Positions 9,638 through 19,871 of a stretch of 64,000 nucleotides of DNA are shown piece after piece (positions within the stretch are counted from its first letter, which is position 1; each line of letters starts with the position of its first letter). Origin of the DNA: a virus (taxonomy: Duplodnaviria; Heunggongvirae; Uroviricota; Caudoviricetes); the IMG/VR virus record IMGVR_UViG_2974563859_000001; one strand, 5' to 3'. The notes beneath the pieces were generated by a model that was not told the origin of the DNA, did no database searches, and saw nothing but the letters and a program-made list of their open reading frames with translations. The position numbers and the translations under genes were made by a program.

Positions 9638-10828
9638 TTATTTCTTTTTAAAGTATAATTTAGCCTGTAAGTCTGAATATCCATTACTTCCTACATTAAA
9701 TATAGAACTAGATTTTAGAATATGATATTCCCCACTATAGTTACTGTAGTTATTAGCGGCAAAATTAAAATAAAATTGGTTATTACATGATATAGCATCT
9801 ATATCAATAGCGTCTAAAGTGCATGTCAAAAAAATTCCTTTTTTAGAATTTGTTACAATTTCCTTTTCTTTATGCTTATTATTATACCTATTATAATAAA
9901 CTCTTGTTTTAATTTCATTAGTACCATAATCATTTCTCACAATATCGCTGTTACTTTGAGAAATAATAATATTATGAGTACCAAGGAATTCTTTTCTAGA
10001 ATCAGAATAGTTTATAAATTTTATATTAGAGATATGAACTTTAGCTGAGTAGAAATCTCCAGATTCTGTTACTGTATCATTATAGAATAATGAATCTCCT
10101 TCAGCAGTATCACTAACAACCTTTATATGAGTATTTTTATATTTACCTTCTAATACAGGTAAATTAGAATTATCATGTTTATTAATAATATAATATGCAT
10201 TAAAATCTAGGAATATTCTTAGTCCATAATTATATATTCCATAAACAGTATCAAGATATTTCATTGATCTAATAATATTATTAGGAGGTAGTATAATTTG
10301 ATCATATATAATTTGATTATCTGGTTTTTCAAATATAATTGGTTTTGATGGAAATTTTTGTGCAAGATATAAAATTGTACTCTCAATATCAGAGTCTTTT
10401 AAAACTGTGTTAACTAGTCTTTTATTATTCGATAAATCTTCTTCACTCATTAATAAAAAAGTAGTTCTTAAACTAGGAATCTGATCAGTAACACTATTTA
10501 AACCTTCAGGCATATTAATTGGAGAAATATCCTTATCAACTGGTATAAAAATTTTATTTTTCATATAATACGTAAAGATAGTTGTATCATTACTCTCCAA
10601 ATTTTCATGTTTGTATTTTTTAATAGTTATTGAGAATTTACATGAATCATTTTTCTGAATTAGATAATAACTTTCAAAATCTAATTCTACATTTAATCTT
10701 AAAATAGGAAATACATTATTATCATAATCATTAATTATTTCTATGCTCCTAAACATACTGTCTAATACTATTGGATTATCAATTCCGTCAATGGCAACAA
10801 ATCCTTCTATTAAATAAGAAGCATCCAT
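9638..10828 (-). CDS. Virion structural protein, possibly baseplate hub, 396 aa (start corrected from 10882)
   Basis: AAGGAGGT RBS before ATG at 10828; residues 1-18 of the track ORF lie in a terminator. Confidence 0.45.
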   Translation of the reverse strand: MDASYLIEGFVAIDGIDNPIVLDSMFRSIEIINDYDNNVFPILRLNVELDFESYYLIQKNDSCKFSITIKKYKHENLESNDTTIFTYYMKNKIFIPVDKDISPINMPEGLNSVTDQIPSLRTTFLLMSEEDLSNNKRLVNTVLKDSDIESTILYLAQKFPSKPIIFEKPDNQIIYDQIILPPNNIIRSMKYLDTVYGIYNYGLRIFLDFNAYYIINKHDNSNLPVLEGKYKNTHIKVVSDTAEGDSLFYNDTVTESGDFYSAKVHISNIKFINYSDSRKEFLGTHNIIISQSNSDIVRNDYGTNEIKTRVYYNRYNNKHKEKEIVTNSKKGIFLTCTLDAIDIDAISCNNQFYFNFAANNYSNYSGEYHILKSSSIFNVGSNGYSDLQAKLYFKKK

Positions 10829-10845
10829 TATAATTACCTCCTTAT

Positions 10846-10876
10846 AAAAAAAAAAGATAGCAAACGCTATCTTTTT
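10846..10876 (-). terminator. Terminator hairpin
   Basis: aaaaagatagc-aaac-gctatcttttt with an A10 run. Confidence 0.65.
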
Positions 10877-11049
10877 AAACATTTACAATCTTTATCACAT
10901 AGTGAATGTAAACTATGATTTTCTTCTCTTAATTTATCTCTCTCTTTTTTAATATTAGAAAAATGAAATAAATGAAGAAATATTAACATTAAAATCAGAA
11001 TTGTAATAAAACGAATTACAATATATTTCATAATACTATTATTATTCAT
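10867..11049 (-). CDS. Small membrane protein, 60 aa (start corrected to 11049)
   Basis: AAGGGG RBS; TM helix IVIRFITILILMLIFLHLF followed by a coiled tail. Confidence 0.55.
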   Translation of the reverse strand: MNNNSIMKYIVIRFITILILMLIFLHLFHFSNIKKERDKLREENHSLHSLCDKDCKCLKR

Positions 11050-12175
11050 ACTTTTCCCCTTCAAAAACATACTCCAATAAGATTGGATATCTGTCAAAAT
11101 ATTTACTATTTACAAATTTAACTGATTCTGCATCAATACGATCGAATAATTGTGATTCAATATTGATTATATCTTTGTTACTAAAATTATAAAGATTGTT
11201 ATTTAATAGTTGCATATTCTTATATAACTCTTTTAAATTTTCCTCACCTAATTCATCTCTTAAACCATTCAATAGATCTGTATTATTATATTCAATATTC
11301 TTTAATATATTATTATCAATACATTTTTGAATAAAATTAAGAGCCTTAATATTCCCCATTTTCTTAATACTACTGATATCATAGTCTTTATATCCTGTAA
11401 GAGAAACCAATAATGAATACATATCTGGGAGAATAGAGAAATAATAATCCTTTTTACTTTTTTCTAGGAGGATATCAATAATATCTTCTGATGCCACAAA
11501 TCTTGATTTTTCTTTTCCTCTAAGTTCTAATTGAAGAATTCTGTCTTGTAAGTTTAAATCTTGATAATGAATTTTTTCATTTGAAATAATTATATTCATA
11601 TCATTCTTATTAATAATATTTTGTTTAAGTCTTGAGTTTTCAGATAAGAATAAATGCGGTACTAATCTTGGATCCATTTCATCTGTTTTGATAAAGTAGG
11701 CATGTGGTACATATTCACAAAATAATTTAATAATATGAACATTTTTCTTAACCATATTATTAAATAAACCAAAAGTCTGATTTTTATCATCTAATCTTTT
11801 TTCATAAAAAGAACTTCTATAGTTTTTATCAATATTAGTTAATCTTGTATCCCTCTTATCAGAATAATAGAAGACAAAGTTAGTATACATTTTTAATCTG
11901 GAATAAAAGAAATGTCTATAATGTCCAATAATATTAATAACTTCTGAAGCAATCATAAATCTTTCTCTCTGTTTTAATGAATTCATTGTTTCTAGAGTTT
12001 GTGGATTGTATAATGACTTAACTATATCCCAAAAATCAATAAAAATATTAACAGTATTATATTCTCTATCAGTACCAGTTATAATTGTTTTATTATTAAT
12101 ATATGGTTTGACTAAAGGCATTAAAGTGTCATAGCTTAATTTCTTGGAATGAAGAATTTTTTCTAATAATAACAT
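11042..12175 (-). CDS. Divergent 5'-3' exonuclease / flap endonuclease (T4 RNase H-like PIN fold), 377 aa
   Basis: NIFIDFWD N-terminal strand, EMD, IISNEK, H3TH-like LTGYKDYDISSIKKMGNIKAL. Confidence 0.55.
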   Translation of the reverse strand: MLLLEKILHSKKLSYDTLMPLVKPYINNKTIITGTDREYNTVNIFIDFWDIVKSLYNPQTLETMNSLKQRERFMIASEVINIIGHYRHFFYSRLKMYTNFVFYYSDKRDTRLTNIDKNYRSSFYEKRLDDKNQTFGLFNNMVKKNVHIIKLFCEYVPHAYFIKTDEMDPRLVPHLFLSENSRLKQNIINKNDMNIIISNEKIHYQDLNLQDRILQLELRGKEKSRFVASEDIIDILLEKSKKDYYFSILPDMYSLLVSLTGYKDYDISSIKKMGNIKALNFIQKCIDNNILKNIEYNNTDLLNGLRDELGEENLKELYKNMQLLNNNLYNFSNKDIINIESQLFDRIDAESVKFVNSKYFDRYPILLEYVFEGEKYE

Positions 12176-12177
12176 TT

Positions 12178-12708
12178 TTATTCTCCTTTATTATTGATGT
12201 TAATTACTTCTACATCATGATTCTTCAATAGTTTCAGTGTTTCATTAAAGCCATCATATTCTTTATCAAATACAATATGTTTAATTCCATGTGTTATTAA
12301 TTGTTTAGCACAATTAAAACAAGGTGAATATGTAATATAAGCTGTTGCTCCTTCAATTGAAACACCATTCTTATGCGCTTTTGCAATGGCATTCATCTCA
12401 GCATGAATTTCATGAATCAAAGACCACTTATGATGTTCTTCTTGATCTTCACATAATTCCCATCCCCAAGGATCAAATATATTTTTCATCCCTTTACCTA
12501 AAGTGGAATGTTTTTTATACCATTTTCCATCTCTTTTCATAAATTTATCACAACAATTTTCTTTTCCAGAAGCAGTTCCATTTATACCTACTGCTAGAAT
12601 ATTAGTATCTTTTTCAATAATACAGCCAACCTGTTTAGCAGCACATTTAGATTCAATTGCAACTCTTTTTGCTATGTCCATATACATTAAATCCCATTTG
12701 TTTGTCAT
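12178..12708 (-). CDS. dCMP (possibly dCTP) deaminase, 176 aa
   Basis: HAEMNAI and SPCFNC Zn-deaminase motifs; KQVGCII; GINGT. Confidence 0.9.
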   Translation of the reverse strand: MTNKWDLMYMDIAKRVAIESKCAAKQVGCIIEKDTNILAVGINGTASGKENCCDKFMKRDGKWYKKHSTLGKGMKNIFDPWGWELCEDQEEHHKWSLIHEIHAEMNAIAKAHKNGVSIEGATAYITYSPCFNCAKQLITHGIKHIVFDKEYDGFNETLKLLKNHDVEVININNKGE

Positions 12709-12731
12709 TTTATTTCCTCCATAATAAAATA

Positions 12732-12743
12732 TACTTGTTTGTT
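12732..12743 (-). promoter_or_regulatory. Late promoter AACA-AACAAG-TA
   Basis: Consensus match upstream of the deaminase. Confidence 0.65.
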
Positions 12744-12763
12744 CTTAATTCTTTAAAATACAT

Positions 12764-12798
12764 AAGGAAAACCAGATATTATTCTGGTTTTCCTTTTT
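12764..12798 (-). terminator. Terminator after nrdF
   Basis: aaggaaaaccaga/tctggttttcctt stem. Confidence 0.7.
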
Positions 12799-12800
12799 AA

Positions 12801-13850
12801 TTAACTTTCAGAGAGTTCATTAAGTTCAGACATTAAGTCTACATCTAAGCGATCAATTTTAAATGTTTCTTTTGTAATAGGAGTTACATTTAGTGCTTTA
12901 GTATAACCATTTCCTTTTACTGAGAAGAAATCATGGTTTTTAGTAGTTGTATTAAGTCCATTTTCTACAACTGGATTAATATCTTCATCATCAAATAAAT
13001 GATTAAAACCCAAGTTATCAAAAGCATTATTAGCATTATAGCGTAAGAATGCATTTACTTCATCGACTAATCCTATTTTAGAATAGATCTCTTCAGTATA
13101 TTCTAATTCATTTTCATAAAGATCCATTAATAGTTCATTTGCCCATTGAACTAATTCTTGCTGTTTATTAATATCAAATTTTTCAAATAACTCTTGAGCT
13201 AATAATCCCATATATTGACCATGAACTGACTCATCACGGATAATTAAGTTAATAATTTCACCACTGGCTACCATTTTGCCTTGTCCAGCTAGGTATAAAG
13301 GATAGAAGAATCCAGAATAGAATAAGAATGATTCTAACATTACACTGGCTACCATTGCTTTGTATAACATCTCATCAGTAATATCCTTAGTAAAGATAGC
13401 GTCATAATATTTAACAATTTTTTCGGCTTTATACTGAAGGTTCTTTTGTTCTTCTCCCCATTTAAAAATCTCATCAATTAGACTCATAGAACAAAGTGTT
13501 GAGAAAATAGCTGAATACGACTTAGCATGTACATGTTCCATTGCACCACTAAAAGCAATAACGGCACTCTTTTGTTCATCTTTAATATGAAGAGAAATTA
13601 ATGGCATTCCTGCATTTCCTTGTTCAGTATCCAATTTTGTTAAACCAACAAGTACTTTGTAGTATGCTTCTTGTTCATCCTTACTAAGTACTTTATTCCA
13701 AGTAACAATATCTCCAGTTAAATCAATCTCTTTTTCTAACCAAAATTGGGAAGTATTAATATCCCAGAAATCAATAGTATATTCATCAGTAAGGCGGTTC
13801 CAGTTAACCGCCTTATGAACGATGGGTACAATTTTACTCTCTGTTGTCAT
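12801..13850 (-). CDS. nrdF: Class Ib ribonucleotide reductase beta subunit, 349 aa
   Basis: VNWN, FW, LDTEQ, MEHVHAKSYS, ESFLFYSGF, RDESVHG, HDFFSVKGNGY. Confidence 0.95.
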   Translation of the reverse strand: MTTESKIVPIVHKAVNWNRLTDEYTIDFWDINTSQFWLEKEIDLTGDIVTWNKVLSKDEQEAYYKVLVGLTKLDTEQGNAGMPLISLHIKDEQKSAVIAFSGAMEHVHAKSYSAIFSTLCSMSLIDEIFKWGEEQKNLQYKAEKIVKYYDAIFTKDITDEMLYKAMVASVMLESFLFYSGFFYPLYLAGQGKMVASGEIINLIIRDESVHGQYMGLLAQELFEKFDINKQQELVQWANELLMDLYENELEYTEEIYSKIGLVDEVNAFLRYNANNAFDNLGFNHLFDDEDINPVVENGLNTTTKNHDFFSVKGNGYTKALNVTPITKETFKIDRLDVDLMSELNELSES

Positions 13851-13876
13851 TTTATCTAGTCCTCTCCTCTTTTAAA

Positions 13877-15973
13877 TCAAACTGCACAAGATTCGCAGAT
13901 GTCATCTCCTGATTTACTTCTATTACGTACATAGTAAAGACTCTTTAAACCACGTTTATTGGCATAATACATATGACCAACTAATTGGTCTGTAGGGATA
14001 TCGCTATTAACAAATAAAGTAGTGGAAATACCCTGATCAATATGTTGTTGGATTACTGCAACCATGTCAATAATTTTATTTTGATCCATATCATATGCTG
14101 ATTTGTAAGACCATTGAGTTCTACCATCTAAATATGGCATTGGATAGTATGTTGTAGAATCATGGTAAGTTCTATTTTCAATTCGACTCACAACAGGCAT
14201 AATGGATTGAGTTGAGTTCTGTACATAGCTAATTGATTGTGTAGGTGCAATAGCAAGTCTATAAGCATGGTATAAACCATTTTCTTTTACTTGTTCTGCT
14301 AATTCAGCCCAATCTTCTTTTGTTGGAACAAAGATTCCCTCAAATAATTCTTTTACTTTTTGACTTCTAGGTGTATAATCATTTTCAATATAACGCTTGA
14401 AATAATTACCATTAGCATATTCAGAATCTTCAAAACGATGGAATTTCTTGTTTTTCTCAATAGCAGTTTCCATACTACGTCTAATACTATGGAAATTCAT
14501 AATTGCAAAGAATACATTAGCAAAGTCTCTTGCTACAGCACTTTCATATGAAATACTATTTTTAGCAAGGAAGCCATGTAAGTTCATTGCACCTAAACCA
14601 ACTGAATGGAATAGTGCATTTGCTTTTCTTATAGATGGTGCGTTTTTGATATCACTCTTATCTGTTACAGATGTTAAAATATCCATTGCAATATCAACAG
14701 AATCTTTAAATTTTTTAGTCTCCATTACATTAACGATATTTAATGATGCAAGGTTACAACTGATTCCCAATCCTAATTCATCTTCTTCTCCATAATCATT
14801 AATTACTGATACTGAACTTAACTGCATAATTTCAGTGCAAAGGTTAGAGAATTTAATTTCACCAATTGCTTTTAAAGCATGTTCTTTATTAGCATTTGTT
14901 TTGAAGAACAGATAAGGGTATCCTGATTCTAATTGAGTCATTGCAATTTGATTCATTAGTTTCATTGGTGATAATTCACATACAAATTTTTTGATATTTG
15001 GATTATTAACTAATTCATCATACATTACATCTAGATCCATCTCATCTAAAGGAATTCCATATTCTTTTTCGACACTATAAGGAGAGAATGTATAGAACTC
15101 TTCTTCTCCTGATTCTAGCAATTGAATAAATTTATCAGGAACAATAATTCCAGTTGAAAGTGTTTTCATACGAATGCTATCGTCAGCATTGATTTTTTTA
15201 GTATTTAGGAAATGAATAATATCTCCATGAAAAATATTAAGATAAACGGCTCCTGAACCTTTGCGCTGACCCATCTGATCAGCATAAGAGAAACTTTGTT
15301 CCAATAACTTCATTACAGGAATAACACCTTTAGCGGCATTTTCTTCACCGTTTACTGGATCTCCAAGCATTCTTAATTTAGAAACATTTGTTGAAACCCC
15401 TCCACCAATTTTAGAGAGATATTTTGATTGTCCTTCAATATGACTAATTGAGTTTAGAGTATCATCAACTTCATCTAAGAAACAAGATACAAGTTCTCCT
15501 CTTCTTGCTTTACCAGCATTAAGGAAAGTAGGAGTAGCAGGTTGAACTCTTTGTTCTATCATTGCAACAGCGGCTTGAATTGCTTTTTCTAGATCCCCAT
15601 CAAATAGATATAGAGCAACAATAGCAATCCTATCTTGGTAAGTTTCTAAGTAATGTTTTTTATCTGTAGTTTTCAAGGCATAAGTACTATAAAATTTGGA
15701 GATAGCCATAAATGATTGGAAACTGAATGGTACTTTATTGATCGCTTTATAAACTTCTTCAATTTGTGATAAACTATAATCTTGAAATACATTATAGTAA
15801 TAGTTATTTCCAATTAACCAATTAAGACGTTCAAGTAAATTTGGAAACTTAATAGAATATTCATCAATTTCTTCTGCAAAAGAAGAAATAGCTAATTTGT
15901 CATTTTCTAACTGCCAAAAACCATTGTCACCTTTTTTAGTGATACTGTTGTTGTATTTGAGATAATCCTTCAT
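13877..15973 (-). CDS. nrdE: Class Ib ribonucleotide reductase alpha subunit, 698 aa, uninterrupted
   Basis: QPATPTFLNAG, SCF, GQRKGSG, SNLCTEI, APTQSISY, KSLYY, C-terminal CESC. Confidence 0.95.
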   Translation of the reverse strand: MKDYLKYNNSITKKGDNGFWQLENDKLAISSFAEEIDEYSIKFPNLLERLNWLIGNNYYYNVFQDYSLSQIEEVYKAINKVPFSFQSFMAISKFYSTYALKTTDKKHYLETYQDRIAIVALYLFDGDLEKAIQAAVAMIEQRVQPATPTFLNAGKARRGELVSCFLDEVDDTLNSISHIEGQSKYLSKIGGGVSTNVSKLRMLGDPVNGEENAAKGVIPVMKLLEQSFSYADQMGQRKGSGAVYLNIFHGDIIHFLNTKKINADDSIRMKTLSTGIIVPDKFIQLLESGEEEFYTFSPYSVEKEYGIPLDEMDLDVMYDELVNNPNIKKFVCELSPMKLMNQIAMTQLESGYPYLFFKTNANKEHALKAIGEIKFSNLCTEIMQLSSVSVINDYGEEDELGLGISCNLASLNIVNVMETKKFKDSVDIAMDILTSVTDKSDIKNAPSIRKANALFHSVGLGAMNLHGFLAKNSISYESAVARDFANVFFAIMNFHSIRRSMETAIEKNKKFHRFEDSEYANGNYFKRYIENDYTPRSQKVKELFEGIFVPTKEDWAELAEQVKENGLYHAYRLAIAPTQSISYVQNSTQSIMPVVSRIENRTYHDSTTYYPMPYLDGRTQWSYKSAYDMDQNKIIDMVAVIQQHIDQGISTTLFVNSDIPTDQLVGHMYYANKRGLKSLYYVRNRSKSGDDICESCAV

Positions 15974-16355
15974 CTAATAATTCCACTCCTTTTATAAATA
16001 CACTTCTATCTCTCTCTGTTCCTCGTTTTTGGAATTTACATATAAGCTTTGCGTTATTATACCTTTCACATATATAATCAGCGCTTTTAGCAAAATTTTC
16101 TTTTCCCCAGTTTCTATCACCACTTGCGGCAACTCCTACAAGGTATTCACCATTATGCTTTAGAAATTCCATAGTTGAGGTTGGAGGTAATCCGTTTTGT
16201 TTTACTCCATCAATCCTTAAGGTAGTTGTATAAGTTACTAATACAAATGGCTCTTCTACAATTAGATCCTTACTTATACGTTTAGCGTTAGTAAAACCAC
16301 AATCCTTTACAAAAGATCTGGTACTACCAGTTCTGGTATCATATATGATTAACAT
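15936..16355 (-). CDS. nrdI: NrdI flavodoxin, 139 aa
   Basis: YDTRTGSTRSF, LVTYTT, GVAASGDRNWG; directly upstream of nrdE. Confidence 0.9.
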   Translation of the reverse strand: MLIIYDTRTGSTRSFVKDCGFTNAKRISKDLIVEEPFVLVTYTTTLRIDGVKQNGLPPTSTMEFLKHNGEYLVGVAASGDRNWGKENFAKSADYICERYNNAKLICKFQKRGTERDRSVFIKGVELLDEGLSQIQQQYH

Positions 16356-16368
16356 ATAATTCCTCCTA

Positions 16369-17409
16369 TTAAGGAAGTGTTATTCCTTTTGTTAATTCAA
16401 TTTTAGATTTTTCTACCCCATAATCTTTTACTATCTTATTGTAAAAGATATTAAGACCATTAAATCTTGCAAGCCTATTATTCTTAATAATATACTTATA
16501 AAAATCTAAGGTAACATCTTTATCTGAATATATTTCAATATCCACATTCAAGAGTGATAATGATGCTAGGTGATCTAAAACAAGTAAAAAGGATGTTCCA
16601 TTACCAGATACGTATAAAGGTTTGTCGTCTTTGTTATAGATATGATTGTTTACCCCAATCAAATCTATGATTCCCTCAGTCATGATAATTTTATGTTCTG
16701 ATTCAGACAAGTCTAATTTTTTCTTTAAAGCATATAGCTTTTTTGATTCTACCATATCAGGAAACAACGAAAAATTATGATAACGAAATCCAGTAATTTT
16801 TGGATCAAGACTTCTACAGATGATAGTATTCTTATCTGCCGTTAGAAAACCTATAGAATGTTCTTGTACCTTTTTAAATAAATTCTTTTGTTTATCATTT
16901 TTAATTCTCTTTGTAATATCGATATTATTATTCTTGAAGAAATCAATTGGATTTAAGACAATTTTATACTTCTCTAGATCACTCTCAACAAAATCAATTT
17001 TTAATCTATCGGATAGGTATCTTATTTTCTTATTCTCCAATTCTGTATACTGATTAGGATAGAAATTTATTATCTTATCATTATTAAAATAATTAATTTC
17101 ACTACCATATTTATATGATAATTTCTTTTTATAAGATATATTAGCCTCATTAATGTGGCTTATTAAATTATAATCAGCAATTTTAAGTCTGCTTAGGAAA
17201 TTTGATGTTATAATTCCACTAGAATGACACTTCTGACAGTAATATTTATATGGCGCTCTATTCATTATGTAAAAGTGAGCACTATTTGGATCTTTAGTAC
17301 TGTCTCCACAGAAAATACACCTAATAAAAATCTCATCTTTTTTTCCTGATAAGCCACAAACACGTAGTTTAGATTTTAGATGTGAATACAAGAGGTTATT
17401 GTTCATCAA
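16369..17409 (-). CDS. DNA primase (Zn finger + TOPRIM, T4 gp61-like), 346 aa
   Basis: RCIFCGDS...HFYI...YCQKCH; TEGIID; YSDKD. Confidence 0.85.
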   Translation of the reverse strand: MMNNNLLYSHLKSKLRVCGLSGKKDEIFIRCIFCGDSTKDPNSAHFYIMNRAPYKYYCQKCHSSGIITSNFLSRLKIADYNLISHINEANISYKKKLSYKYGSEINYFNNDKIINFYPNQYTELENKKIRYLSDRLKIDFVESDLEKYKIVLNPIDFFKNNNIDITKRIKNDKQKNLFKKVQEHSIGFLTADKNTIICRSLDPKITGFRYHNFSLFPDMVESKKLYALKKKLDLSESEHKIIMTEGIIDLIGVNNHIYNKDDKPLYVSGNGTSFLLVLDHLASLSLLNVDIEIYSDKDVTLDFYKYIIKNNRLARFNGLNIFYNKIVKDYGVEKSKIELTKGITLP

Positions 17410-17432
17410 ATCCTTCTCCCATAGTTTAGTAC

Positions 17433-17444
17433 TAAAAAACTGTT
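17433..17444 (-). promoter_or_regulatory. Late promoter AACA-GTTTTT-TA
   Basis: Consensus match upstream of the primase-nrdIEF operon. Confidence 0.6.
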
Positions 17445-17482
17445 AAATTATCTCTTTAAAAGATCTTCAAAATAAAAAATTT

Positions 17483-17517
17483 AAAAGGACAATACCTTTA
17501 GTTGGTATTGTCCTTTT
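17483..17517 (-). terminator. Terminator after the gp226-like gene
   Basis: aaaaggacaatacc/ggtattgtcctttt. Confidence 0.7.
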
Positions 17518-17519
17518 TA

Positions 17520-18914
17520 TTAGATACACAATAACATATCAAGAACTTCTTCTGCTAAATGATCCGTAGAGAAATCTACTTCTTTATTTTCTTTATTCAT
17601 AAACTTAGCATTTTTAATTGTCATTAACTGAAGGATAACATTATTTTTGTCCAAGATATTTTTAATAGGAAGATAACTCTTAAGAAGATAAGAATATTTA
17701 TCAGAATGAATAATTTTATCAACAAGCTTTTTACGATTATTCATTTTTCTAACATTTGGTGCAATAGCACAACTTAAAATCTCTGGAATAATACTAAAAT
17801 TCATTTCCCCAAGTTCTCTCGTCATTCCATATAATAAATAAAAGATATCATTTTTATTAGAATTTACTTTAAACTTATTAGAATAATAAATCTTAACTAA
17901 ATAAATCTGAATGGAGTTTAATTCTCTTCCATTAATAAATTCTTTCATTACTTCATCAGTTACATTATATTTCTTTTTAATTTTTGCAATTTCCTGTTTA
18001 ATACTACATTCGTTAATTATGGAATTACCTTGGTCATTTCTAAGCAAGTTAATTTCCATACGTTCTTGTTCTGATAGCTCCTCATCATCAGTTGTTTCTG
18101 CTTTAAGAGGTTTATAACTAATTGGATATTTAAATGTAAATAAGTATTTTAGTTTTTGTTTAATAACTACATCAAGATATGATATAACAGAACTATTATG
18201 TTTTAATTTAGGGAAGATTTTCTTAATAATTACTTTAAAATAATCTTTTACAATGATCATTAAGTCAGTAGACATATTCTTTAAGTAAGTCCAAATAACT
18301 ACATCTGAATATTTAGTTTCAAATACTCGACTGTAGATAATCTTATATAATTTATTGAGTGCATTCTTTTTACCATCATCAAAACTTTTAATGACTTCTT
18401 TAAAAATATCATAAACCAAAACTTCGTTAATATCATCATCACAATTAAAGTCACAGAGTATTGGTATTAAAATTCTCATCAATACTGAACTCTTAAGATA
18501 AATCTTATTAAGGTTATCTGTTACCTGAAGTTCAATATTAATTTTCTTTCCTTTACTTGCTTGGTTGAGATCAAGATCATATTCTTCTTCTACAATATCT
18601 GAGATGACATTTAATAATTTCTCATTCTTAATAAATAATCTTTCAATGTCACTATAAAATTCCATATGAGTATAATTTTCTTTTGTAGCCATATTATACC
18701 GAATTTCTAATAATGAATATGCTAAGTCATTATATTTATTAAGTACTAAATTTAGATCATCACTAATCTGGTCTAAACAGTTATAGTATGATCTCTTATT
18801 AATTGAGAAATTATTCATGTGAGAGATGTCATCCCTCCCAAATAATTTATCAAACGCAATATTAATGTCTCTTGCTTGTTCATCAAAGCTTACATAATTC
18901 TCCAAAATGTCCAT
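17520..18914 (-). CDS. Promoter-specificity (sigma-like) subunit of the non-virion RNA polymerase, AR9 gp226-like, 464 aa
   Basis: Sequence and length match my recollection of AR9 gp226; early promoter upstream; two genes from the chaperonin. Confidence 0.85.
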   Translation of the reverse strand: MDILENYVSFDEQARDINIAFDKLFGRDDISHMNNFSINKRSYYNCLDQISDDLNLVLNKYNDLAYSLLEIRYNMATKENYTHMEFYSDIERLFIKNEKLLNVISDIVEEEYDLDLNQASKGKKINIELQVTDNLNKIYLKSSVLMRILIPILCDFNCDDDINEVLVYDIFKEVIKSFDDGKKNALNKLYKIIYSRVFETKYSDVVIWTYLKNMSTDLMIIVKDYFKVIIKKIFPKLKHNSSVISYLDVVIKQKLKYLFTFKYPISYKPLKAETTDDEELSEQERMEINLLRNDQGNSIINECSIKQEIAKIKKKYNVTDEVMKEFINGRELNSIQIYLVKIYYSNKFKVNSNKNDIFYLLYGMTRELGEMNFSIIPEILSCAIAPNVRKMNNRKKLVDKIIHSDKYSYLLKSYLPIKNILDKNNVILQLMTIKNAKFMNKENKEVDFSTDHLAEEVLDMLLCI

Positions 18915-18951
18915 ACCTCCTATATTATTTCATGATGTGAGAATCTTTTTT

Positions 18952-18964
18952 ATAATATATATTT
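18952..18964 (-). promoter_or_regulatory. Early promoter box AAATATATATTAT
   Basis: Exact motif upstream of the gp226-like gene. Confidence 0.75.
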
Positions 18965-18975
18965 AAAGTGTTATA

Positions 18976-19800
18976 TTACTTTTTCTTCTTTCTAACACTC
19001 ATATTTTTCTTCATGTCTCTTTTCATGTTAGGACGTTTGTTTCTTTCTTGAGGATTTTTCTTAAGAGACTTTCTAGTTGTAGGACGACTATTAGATTTCT
19101 GAGAGTCTTCCTTCAAAGTTTTTCTCACTTCTCCATTATAACTATTTTTCTCTTTCTTTGCAACTCTTTTTTGAGATTTCTTCTTAGTCATCTCATTGTT
19201 CTTAACCCTATTATATTGCTTTAATTTTTCGTCAGTTGAATCAACTGCCTTTAATAAAAGAGTCTTAGAGAATTTTTTAATACTAGTAGTACTAATAACA
19301 GATTTAACATTAAATCTTCTGTGTTTAATATATAGTAGTGCAAAGTAAACACTTTTTTCAAATCCATAAGATTGAATGGGATTTCGTGTATTAGGAGGTT
19401 CATTTAAAGCTTTATTAGATATTTTTTTCTTAAGGAAATCAATCAGAATTCCATCTTGATTATATACATAGGCATACGTAAATAAAAAATTAGGTGCATT
19501 GCTAAATAATCTTACACTATAGTTATTGAATGTAAAATCTGAGTTAGCTTGATCGTTTATTGGAGAAAATTGTAATACAACATCATAAAATAATTTTTCA
19601 TATGTTTCTGATGGTATTTTAAAATAAAAATAATAAATATCTTTATCTTTCATTATTTCTAATTTAAAATCTTTATGTTGCTTCATCATTTCATAAAATC
19701 TATCTTTTAGGTTTTGAATAGTAATATCCCTTCTTGCAAAGTAAGCTGAATATTTACCAGAAGGATTTTGTAATAATTGATTCATCGTTACAATCGCCAC
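18976..19800 (-). CDS. Hypothetical protein with a basic C-terminal tail, 274 aa
   Basis: AAGGAGG RBS, GTG start; K/R-rich last ~80 aa suggests nucleic-acid binding. Confidence 0.6.
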   Translation of the reverse strand: MAIVTMNQLLQNPSGKYSAYFARRDITIQNLKDRFYEMMKQHKDFKLEIMKDKDIYYFYFKIPSETYEKLFYDVVLQFSPINDQANSDFTFNNYSVRLFSNAPNFLFTYAYVYNQDGILIDFLKKKISNKALNEPPNTRNPIQSYGFEKSVYFALLYIKHRRFNVKSVISTTSIKKFSKTLLLKAVDSTDEKLKQYNRVKNNEMTKKKSQKRVAKKEKNSYNGEVRKTLKEDSQKSNSRPTTRKSLKKNPQERNKRPNMKRDMKKNMSVRKKKK

Positions 19801-19871
19801 TATATTTCCTCCTTTAGAAAATATATTGATTAGACATTATAAATGTTTTATAATGTCTAATCAATTTAAGA

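Noticed and set aside
13877-15973. Intron or intein in nrdE/nrdF
   Set aside because: Both ORFs are continuous, of normal length, and have all motifs in order
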